A stretch of DNA of 61,092 nt from a bacterium (GTDB lineage Bacteria; Patescibacteriota; Microgenomatia; JAMCZE01): contig JAJYKY010000001.1 in the NCBI GenBank assembly GCA_021788195.1, forward strand, positions 1 to 61,092. The letters are read 5' to 3'. Below, one piece after another: positions 54,830 to 61,092 of the stretch; the stretch's first letter is position 1; every line of letters starts with the position of its first letter. The notes under the pieces were generated by a model. The model saw only the letters and a program-made list of their open reading frames with translations. It did not search any database and was not told where the DNA came from. Made by a program: the position numbers and the translations under genes.

Positions 54830-55940
54830 TTAAGTTTTCCAAAACCCGCCAGCGGTGTTTTTTCTCCTTGTGAGGCACATCATCAGCAAAAACTCTGTGG
54901 GCCGCTGTTTCCGGCCGATCGGAATATTCGGAAATATACGCTTTGAAAAATCCGGCTTTTTTGCAAAGAGCCACCGTATTTTCAAACTGTTTTTCTGTTT
55001 CGCCCGGAAAACCGACAATGATATCGGTACTCAGACGGATATTTTTAATTTTTAATTTTAAATTTTTAATAAGCTGCAGGTATTCTTCGGCCGTGTAATT
55101 TCGGTTCATCCGTTTTAAAACCTGATCGTCGCCCGACTGGACTGGTAGATGGATTTCCCGGTTGATGTTCGGATTTTGGGCAATCACCTTAATTAATTCC
55201 GGTGAAAAATCCCAGGGATTGCTGGAAATAAAATTAACTTTGGTAAACCCCAGTTTGGCAACGTCATCAATAAGGTAAGGAAACAGCGTCGGAATTCTTT
55301 GTTTCCCCATGGACTTCACCATCACCGGATTTATTTTTCTCCCGCCGCTATAGACTGCTTCCTGGCCATTTTTCACTAAGTCCGCTCCGTAACTGTTGAC
55401 ATTCTGTCCGATTAAAGTTATTTCCCGATAACCTTTATTTTTCAGTTCCCGGCATTCTTTAATTATTTCCCCATACGGCCGGCTGACTTCCCGCCCCCGG
55501 GTAAAGGGCACCACACAGTAAGTGCAGAAATTGTTGCAGCCGGAAGAAATCAAAACCAGGGCATGAGTTTTATCAGATCTTACCGGAACGTTATCAAAAC
55601 CCACCTCGGAAATTGCTAAAAATTCGTCAACCACGGAAAACTTTTTTCGAAGTCTCTCCATCATTTTTCCCGTGGTGTCTCTTACGGCAATACCGACCAG
55701 GCAGCCGGTCAACACAATTCTTAATTTCTCTTTTTTTAATTTTAGTCCCCCCAGATTATTAAGAAGTCCGTATGCTCTGTTTTCCGCACTTTCCCGAACC
55801 ATGCAGGTATTAATGACGACATAATCGGCCTCTCGCAGGGATTTGGCCGTGCCCATTCCGCGTTTTTTTAGCAGGGCAGCAATTCTTTCCGAATCCGCCG
55901 TATTGGCCGCACAACCAAAAGTCTGAATAAAATATTTCAC
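54804..55940 (-). CDS. Radical-SAM methylthiotransferase (MiaB/RimO/MtaB family) lacking a TRAM domain
   Basis: N-terminal FIQTFGCAANTADSE and radical-SAM CNNFCTYC. ORF track extends to 55964. I prefer the GTG at 55940 (VKYFIQT...) because TAAAAT lies 7 nt upstream. Confidence 0.85.
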   Translation of the reverse strand: MKYFIQTFGCAANTADSERIAALLKKRGMGTAKSLREADYVVINTCMVRESAENRAYGLLNNLGGLKLKKEKLRIVLTGCLVGIAVRDTTGKMMERLRKKFSVVDEFLAISEVGFDNVPVRSDKTHALVLISSGCNNFCTYCVVPFTRGREVSRPYGEIIKECRELKNKGYREITLIGQNVNSYGADLVKNGQEAVYSGGRKINPVMVKSMGKQRIPTLFPYLIDDVAKLGFTKVNFISSNPWDFSPELIKVIAQNPNINREIHLPVQSGDDQVLKRMNRNYTAEEYLQLIKNLKLKIKNIRLSTDIIVGFPGETEKQFENTVALCKKAGFFKAYISEYSDRPETAAHRVFADDVPHKEKKHRWRVLENLINRTSSRY

Positions 55941-56013
55941 GGGGAGTATTTTACCACCGACCACGCCCGAAGGCCGAGAAGTTCTCGGCCTCCAAAGTCT
56001 ATCCGGAAATAGT

Positions 56014-56286
56014 TTAGCGAATAGCTTTCTTTAAAGCTTTACCGGCGGTAAAGCCTGGGGTTTTCCGGGCCGGAATATTGATTTCGGCTCCGGTTTGCGG
56101 GTTGCGTCCTTTTCTGGCAGCCCGACTCCGAACGGAGAAGGTCCCGAATCCGGTCACAACCACTTTCTCACCGCGTTTTAAAGCATCACGAACTCCGTCC
56201 AACACTGCCTGAACGGCATCCCGGGAGGCTTTGCTGGTGAGCGACGCTTTCTTGGCGACTAAATCTACTAAATCTGCTTTGGTCAT
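56014..56286 (-). CDS. hup: HU-family DNA-binding protein
   Basis: 90-aa ORF. GFGTFSVRSRAARKGRNPQTGAEI. AGGAGGTG Shine-Dalgarno. Confidence 0.95.
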   Translation of the reverse strand: MTKADLVDLVAKKASLTSKASRDAVQAVLDGVRDALKRGEKVVVTGFGTFSVRSRAARKGRNPQTGAEINIPARKTPGFTAGKALKKAIR

Positions 56287-56433
56287 TTAACTTTTCACCT
56301 CCTCTCACAAAAGGTTGTCCATGGATTTTTGTCAGAGTTCAAATTTTTTGGCGTGGATATCAGCCGCGTGATGTTGTAAGTAGTATTTTGTCCTGTTATG
56401 ATAACCAATTCACTTTGGAGCATTGCAATAGGC

Positions 56434-56462
56434 AAGATAGCATTCTGTTTAAACACTGTCAA
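56434..56462 (-). promoter_or_regulatory. Sigma70-type promoter of the HU gene, giving a ~140-nt leader
   Basis: On the minus strand: TTGACA (56457-56462), 17-nt spacer, TATCTT (56434-56439). Confidence 0.5.
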
Positions 56463-56479
56463 GAGGGGAAGCGACAAAA

Positions 56480-57916
56480 TTAACTGGTCGTCTGGACGGC
56501 CCGAAATTCTCTAATGGCCGTGACCCGAATCTGGCCGGGGAAATCTTTAATCTGCTCTTCAATTTTCTCGCGAATTTTTTCGGCCAGAATCACCGTCTCG
56601 TTATCGGAAACCTTTCCGGGATCAACTAAAACCCGAATTTCCCGCCCGGCCTGAAAGACCCAGGCCTCAGTAACCCCGGCAAAACTTTTGCAAAGCTCTT
56701 CAAGGCCGGAAAGTCTTTCGATATATTTGTCCAGATCTTCGTAGCGGGCTCCCGGCCGGGATCCGGAAATCGCATCTGCAAGATAAACAATCATGGATTC
56801 AACACTGCTGAAAGGTTCATCCTCATGATGCTGAGCCACGCAGGCAATTACCTTCTCGGAAAAATTAAATTTTTTTAAAAGGTTTACTCCCAAAGTCACG
56901 TGGGACCCTTCCTCACTGTCAATCACTTTGCCGATGTCATGAAGAAGACAACCTAAGCGAACCGTATTAACGTCGGCTTTCATTTCCTGGGCAATGGCAA
57001 CCCCGATTTTTGTCTCTTCCAAAGTGTGAGCAATCAGGTTCTGCCCGTAGGAGAAACGATATTTAAATTTTCCGAGAAGATCAATAATTTCCGCCGGCAG
57101 ATTGTAAACCCCGACCGATTGCGCTAACCTCAAGCCTTCCTCGTGAATAATCCGTTCGATATCCCGGCGGACATGAGTCACGATTTCCTCAATTTTTGTC
57201 GGTTGGATCCGCCCGTCAGCGATAAGCCGTTGCAGTGAAACCCGGGCAATCTCCCGCCGGACGCCATCATAAGAGCTAAGCCTGATCTGATTTTCTTCGT
57301 CAATTTCTACGTCTACACCTGTTGCCAGCTCAAATGCCCGGATATTCCGGCCCTCCTTGCCGATAATTTTTCCTTTGGAGTCCTCGTCAGGAAGTTTAAC
57401 GACCGAGACAGTAAATTCAGGCACATAGTCAATCGCTCCGTGAACCATTTCCGTCGCTAAAATTTCCCGGGCTTTGGCCGCCGCTTCTTCTTTTGCCTGA
57501 GTAATCGTGGCAGTAATCAGTTTGGCCGCTTCAGCCCTGGCTTTGTCTTCCACTTCCGAAAGCAGTTTCCTTTGGGCTTCCTGAACAGAAATTCTTGCAA
57601 CACTCTCCAGTTCTTCGGAATATTTTCTCTTCAGTTCGCTTATCTCTTCCCGTTTTTTAGCCAATTCCTCTTCCCGCTCTTCCAAAGTCGAAAACTTTTT
57701 TTCCAGAGACTCTTCTTTTTGTGAAAGTTTCTGTTCTAAAATCGCTAAATCGGCCCGGAGAGTTCTGGCCTCTGCCTCGGCTTCTTCTCTGATTTGCAGG
57801 GCCTGCGCCTTGGCATTTAAAACAATTTCCTTGGCCTCCGGAGGCAAACCTGAAAGATCATGGTCAGAGGAATCGGAAATTTTCACCTTACTATTTTGCG
57901 GACGGAATAAAGCCAT
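56480..57916 (-). CDS. rny: Ribonuclease Y
   Basis: 478-aa ORF. Coiled coil, KH (GKIIGKEGRNIRAFE), HD (LLHDIGK). No obvious N-terminal TM anchor. Confidence 0.92.
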   Translation of the reverse strand: MALFRPQNSKVKISDSSDHDLSGLPPEAKEIVLNAKAQALQIREEAEAEARTLRADLAILEQKLSQKEESLEKKFSTLEEREEELAKKREEISELKRKYSEELESVARISVQEAQRKLLSEVEDKARAEAAKLITATITQAKEEAAAKAREILATEMVHGAIDYVPEFTVSVVKLPDEDSKGKIIGKEGRNIRAFELATGVDVEIDEENQIRLSSYDGVRREIARVSLQRLIADGRIQPTKIEEIVTHVRRDIERIIHEEGLRLAQSVGVYNLPAEIIDLLGKFKYRFSYGQNLIAHTLEETKIGVAIAQEMKADVNTVRLGCLLHDIGKVIDSEEGSHVTLGVNLLKKFNFSEKVIACVAQHHEDEPFSSVESMIVYLADAISGSRPGARYEDLDKYIERLSGLEELCKSFAGVTEAWVFQAGREIRVLVDPGKVSDNETVILAEKIREKIEEQIKDFPGQIRVTAIREFRAVQTTS

Positions 57917-57935
57917 ATAATAGATTTACCTGGAG

Positions 57936-57964
57936 CAAAGAAAGGAAACCCGTATTTTACGGGC
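57936..57964 (-). terminator. Rho-independent terminator-like hairpin between recX and rny
   Basis: On the minus strand: GCCCGUA-AAA-UACGGGU followed by UUCCUUUCUUUG. It lies ~85 nt after the recX stop and ~20 nt before the rny ATG. Confidence 0.5.
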
Positions 57965-58050
57965 GGGAAATACCCAGAAGGCTGAGAATTTTTTGGATTA
58001 ATTCCTGAGCTTTCTTCATTTTCTTCTGCTCTCTTAATTACTTTTTTATT

Positions 58051-58749
58051 TTAGTCCTTTTTAGACAACTTTTCAATAACGGAAGAGACCGTCTCCCAGT
58101 TAAAGCCCCGCGAAAGAAGGAAACGCTGGGCTTTAATTTTCGTTTTCCGATCGCAAAAATCAGCGGTTTTGAACTTCTTTTTTACGGCCCGCCTAGCTAA
58201 AGTTTCCTCGGTTTCCGTTTTATTCCCGGCATCTTCAGAGGAGGCAAAAACCCGATCAATAAGTTTCCGGTCTACACCCTTTTTTAAAAGTTCATATTTA
58301 ATGGCCCGTTCGCCTTCCAGTTTAAACTCATGTCGCTGGTCGATAAACCACCGAGCAAACGCCTCATCATTTACTTGGCCAAGAGTCGAGAGTTTAGTAA
58401 TGACCTCCGTAGTGGAAGGGTTTAGTTTCTGGAATTCAGAATCAGGGGGTGATTCCTTTTTTTTCTTGATTCTTGACTCTTTTCCCTTAATCCTTTTCTT
58501 TAAATAATCCCGGATTTCCTTTTCGCTGCGCGGTCTAAACGAAAGAAAATTGACGGCAGCATTAAAAAGCTTCCCGAATTCGCTTTCCTTAACAATTTTG
58601 TCCAGTTCCGTCCGGGTAATTTCTTGGCCGTTATAAAGGCCTAAGCGCGCAATCTCGTTTAAATTCAGACCGGCGGCAAATTTTCCGTCGACATAAACAT
58701 TCACCCGGTTCGGATCCTTCTTTTGCGACTCAAGTCTGGTTATCTGCAT
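58051..58749 (-). CDS. recX: RecA regulator RecX
   Basis: 232-aa ORF. Repeated three-helix units (RSEKEIRDYLKKR, RAIKYELLKKGV, KAQRFLLSRGF). Sits in recA-proximal synteny. Confidence 0.7.
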   Translation of the reverse strand: MQITRLESQKKDPNRVNVYVDGKFAAGLNLNEIARLGLYNGQEITRTELDKIVKESEFGKLFNAAVNFLSFRPRSEKEIRDYLKKRIKGKESRIKKKKESPPDSEFQKLNPSTTEVITKLSTLGQVNDEAFARWFIDQRHEFKLEGERAIKYELLKKGVDRKLIDRVFASSEDAGNKTETEETLARRAVKKKFKTADFCDRKTKIKAQRFLLSRGFNWETVSSVIEKLSKKD

Positions 58750-59305
58750 TTTGCAAATTAATCAGGAATTCCGCATTCCCGCTCCCGCCCAAAATCGGAG
58801 ACTCAGTTTTATCCAAGAGTTTAAATCCGAAAGTCTGAGCGTTTTGCATGACCTTATTAAGAATTTCACCGCGGACATCGTCAGGGATAATTCCTTTATT
58901 TCTTAGGGCCACCTTTTGGTCTTCATATTGCGGTTTCACCAGGGCAATAACTTTCCCGCCTGGTTTAAGAAATCTTTTTACGACCGGGAGAATTTTTTCA
59001 AGGGAAGTAAAAGTCACGTCGATGGTGATCAGATCAACTATTTCCGGGAAAGTTTTTAAATAGAGAATATTGGTTCGTTCCAAAACGGCGACCCGCGGGT
59101 CCTGTCGCAGTTTCCAGGCTAACTCACCGTAGGCCGTGTCCAGACTGTAAACTTTTGCCGCCCCGTTTTGCAGTAAACAATCCACAAATCCGCCGGTAGA
59201 ACTTCCGACATCCAGGACTGTCAGCCCCGACACATTAACCTTAAACTCTTTTAAGGCATGTTCTAATTTTATCCCGCCCCGGGAAACATACTTTTTGTCA
59301 TCCAT
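58730..59305 (-). CDS. tlyA: TlyA-family rRNA 2'-O-methyltransferase without S4 domain
   Basis: VSRGGIKLEHAL and VLDVGSSTGGF. ORF track extends to 59443, but the extra 46 residues are not S4-like and overlap the divergent promoter. I prefer the ATG at 59305. Confidence 0.8.
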   Translation of the reverse strand: MDDKKYVSRGGIKLEHALKEFKVNVSGLTVLDVGSSTGGFVDCLLQNGAAKVYSLDTAYGELAWKLRQDPRVAVLERTNILYLKTFPEIVDLITIDVTFTSLEKILPVVKRFLKPGGKVIALVKPQYEDQKVALRNKGIIPDDVRGEILNKVMQNAQTFGFKLLDKTESPILGGSGNAEFLINLQNADNQT

Positions 59306-59406
59306 CCCTCTTATCTTACCATCAAGCCACCAAAAAAGGCGCCGAATGCGCCAAAAAAACTTTTCAGGGTTTAAGAATAACGTGATTATATTACAAAAAA
59401 CAGACC

Positions 59407-59435
59407 TTGCAATAATTTTCCTTGTAAGACATGAT
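59407..59435 (+). promoter_or_regulatory. Sigma70-type promoter abutting the Gre-like gene
   Basis: TTGCAA (59407-59412), 17-nt spacer, CATGAT (59430-59435), then 6 nt to the ATG at 59442. Confidence 0.5.
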
Positions 59436-59441
59436 CGAAAC

Positions 59442-59906
59442 ATGACTGAAAAACGAAAGAATATTTTATTGGAATTATTGGAGCGGGAAATATCGGAAAG
59501 AGAAAAGCGGCTAAATAGTGCTCAAAACACAGTTCAGGACTATGCCAAAATTACCATGGGCAGCTGGTCGGCTAATGGGGACCGGGCCAACGCTGAAGCC
59601 GTTGCCCGCATGATTAAAGAATCGCTCCATACTGCAATCGGCCTAAAAGAAGAAATCCTCAAATCCGAAACCAGCCGGCCACAGGCCGTTCTTCCGCCGT
59701 GCTTTGTCCGTCTGGCTTACGTTCAGCCGGAAAAGAAAGAGCTGGAATTTTATCTGGTAAACACCAATATAGAACTGCCCGGAGTGAAAACTTTGACGGC
59801 CGGATCGCCTTTGGGAAAATCCATTCTGAACAAAAATATCGGAGAAAATTTTTCCTACCAAATTGCCGACAAAACCGTCAGCGGAGAAATTGAGGCTATT
59901 GAATAA
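59442..59906 (+). CDS. Gre-factor-like protein (GreA C-terminal-type domain, no acidic tip motif)
   Basis: 154 aa from the ATG at 59442 (ORF track starts at 59295). N-terminal coiled coil. The C-terminus GSPLGKSILNKNIGENFSYQIADKTVSGEIEAIE resembles the GreA/B C-domain. Confidence 0.55.
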   Translation: MTEKRKNILLELLEREISEREKRLNSAQNTVQDYAKITMGSWSANGDRANAEAVARMIKESLHTAIGLKEEILKSETSRPQAVLPPCFVRLAYVQPEKKELEFYLVNTNIELPGVKTLTAGSPLGKSILNKNIGENFSYQIADKTVSGEIEAIE

Positions 59907-59909
59907 ACC

Positions 59910-61031
59910 TTACTCTCCCTCTTCATGTCCGTCTTCGGAGAGCATGACCTTTTCTGCCGGGACACCGGACTTTATCTGCTTGCGGATGTCTTCTTCCAAT
60001 TGCTTAGCCAGTTTTTTGTTTTCCGAAAGTTCGAGTCGGGCCGCTTCCCGCCCCTGGCCTAACATCGTCTCTTTATACTTAAGAAAAGCTCCGGATTTAT
60101 TTACTAAACCCAGTTCCAACCCGACATCAATTAAACCGTCTTCATAAGACAGACCGCTGGTGCCGTAAATGCTAAACTCTGCCACTCTAAACGGCGGGGA
60201 GACTTTGTTTTTAACGACCTTGACCCGGTGGCGGGAACCGATTACCTGGTCGCCGTCTTTAAGCTGTTCGATTTTCCGGATATCCATCCGGATGGAAGCA
60301 TAAAACTTGAGGGCCAGTCCGCCCGGAGTTGTTTCCGGATTGCCGAACATTACGCCGATTTTTTGCCGGAGCTGGTTGGTAAAAATCGCCGTCGTTTTGG
60401 ATTTGGAAATCACGCCGGTTAACTTTCGCAGGGCCTGAGACATTAGTCTGGCCTGAAGGCCGATCATCGCGTCACCCATTTCCCCTTCAATTTCCGCCCG
60501 GGGAGTTAAAGCCGCAACCGAATCAATCACTAAAACGTCGACACCGCCGGAACGGATCAAAGTTTCAGCAATTTCCAAAGCCTGCTCGCCGGTATCCGGT
60601 TGAGAAATTAAAAGATCATTCAGGTTTACCCCTAATTTTTCCGCCCAGACGGGATCCAAGGCATGTTCGGCATCAATAAACGCCGCCACCCCGCCTTTCC
60701 TTTGGGCCTGGGCGATAATCGACAGCATTAAAGTCGTTTTTCCCGAGGATTCCGGGCCGTAAATTTCCACAATCCGGCCGCGGGGAACCCCGCCCACGCC
60801 TAACGCCAGGTCCAAAGCAATTGATCCTGTAGGAATTACTTCAATCGCCATTTTCGGAGCCGCCTCGCCCAGTTTCATAATCGAGCCCTTACCGTATTGT
60901 TTTTCAATTTGTTCCATGGCCAAACGGACGGCTGAAAGCTTCGGGTTACTGTCAGAAACCGGAGAATTAGCGGGAGAATTCTTTACCATAGCATCGTTAT
61001 TAAACACTATCGGGACCCGAAAATCAACCAT
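59910..61031 (-). CDS. recA: Recombinase RecA
   Basis: 373-aa ORF. Walker [17 protein letters not shown], and the L2 region. The start may instead be the ATG at 60989 (MVKNSPAN...). Confidence 0.96.
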   Translation of the reverse strand: MVDFRVPIVFNNDAMVKNSPANSPVSDSNPKLSAVRLAMEQIEKQYGKGSIMKLGEAAPKMAIEVIPTGSIALDLALGVGGVPRGRIVEIYGPESSGKTTLMLSIIAQAQRKGGVAAFIDAEHALDPVWAEKLGVNLNDLLISQPDTGEQALEIAETLIRSGGVDVLVIDSVAALTPRAEIEGEMGDAMIGLQARLMSQALRKLTGVISKSKTTAIFTNQLRQKIGVMFGNPETTPGGLALKFYASIRMDIRKIEQLKDGDQVIGSRHRVKVVKNKVSPPFRVAEFSIYGTSGLSYEDGLIDVGLELGLVNKSGAFLKYKETMLGQGREAARLELSENKKLAKQLEEDIRKQIKSGVPAEKVMLSEDGHEEGE

Positions 61032-61092
61032 AAATATTTCTTATTTCGACGGGCAGAAGAAGCCTGGAGAAAAACTTTCGGGGATCAATATT

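Noticed and set aside
55031-55075. AT-rich run of repeated tttttaat-like units inside the miaB-like gene.
   Set aside because: It translates in frame to a Lys/Leu/Ile/Asn-rich segment (LIKNLKLKIKNIRL). This is compositional bias rather than a discrete element.
56295-56477. 60-aa minus-strand ORF between rny and the HU gene.
   Set aside because: It lies inside the predicted HU leader, has no ribosome-binding signal, and its translation is implausible.
61032-61092. Possible LexA/Cheo-type SOS box (CGAAAGTTTTTC) upstream of recA.
   Set aside because: It is only a weak half-match to CGAAC-N4-GTTCG. The window ends 61 nt upstream of recA, so the promoter cannot be evaluated.
1-61092. Scanned the window for CRISPR arrays, rRNA, transposase/integrase genes, reverse transcriptase/DGR, toxin-antitoxin pairs, and alternative genetic code (UGA recoding).
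   Set aside because: I saw no spaced direct-repeat arrays, no recombinase or RT motifs, and no rRNA-like sequence. Long conserved proteins translate uninterrupted with the standard code and several end at TGA, so code 11 fits.

Overview
This 61-kb window is a gene-dense, almost entirely housekeeping stretch of a small bacterial chromosome. Standard genetic code applies, since TGA is used as a stop codon. Recognisable genes are secA, serS, lysS, greA, comM-like, secDF, cca, two tandem recJ, a short rel, aspS, a D,D-carboxypeptidase, gltX, rarA, obg, lon, miaA, a miaB-like gene, HU, rny, recX, tlyA and recA, plus two two-component systems. In ORF-free gaps I also found tRNA-Glu(CUC), tRNA-Gln(CUG) and an RNase P RNA. 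Domain-minimised core enzymes, a DUF5679 mini zinc-ribbon and many small membrane or hypothetical ORFs suggest a Patescibacteria/CPR-like reduced genome; this is inference, as no database search was possible. I see no CRISPR array, rRNA, integrase, transposase or recognisable defence island, so the window looks ordinary rather than accessory. The observations most worth a second look are listed here. (1) A self-contained three-gene cassette at 4501-7428: a QueC-like PP-loop protein, a Ddl-like ATP-grasp and a spermidine-synthase-like transferase. (2) A pervasive leaderless-type architecture, with -10 hexamers sitting 5-8 nt upstream of more than 20 start codons, including an 18-nt divergent cca/recJ pair with overlapping -10 boxes. 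(3) A CIRCE-like inverted repeat on the lon promoter. (4) Tandem recJ paralogs. (5) Stand-alone two-component fragments (DHp-only, wHTH-only). (6) An unexplained ~260-nt strand-asymmetric intergenic tract at 39451-39714. (7) An hsp20 3' remnant next to tRNA-Gln. All product calls rest on motif recognition by eye and should be confirmed with HMM or structure searches.
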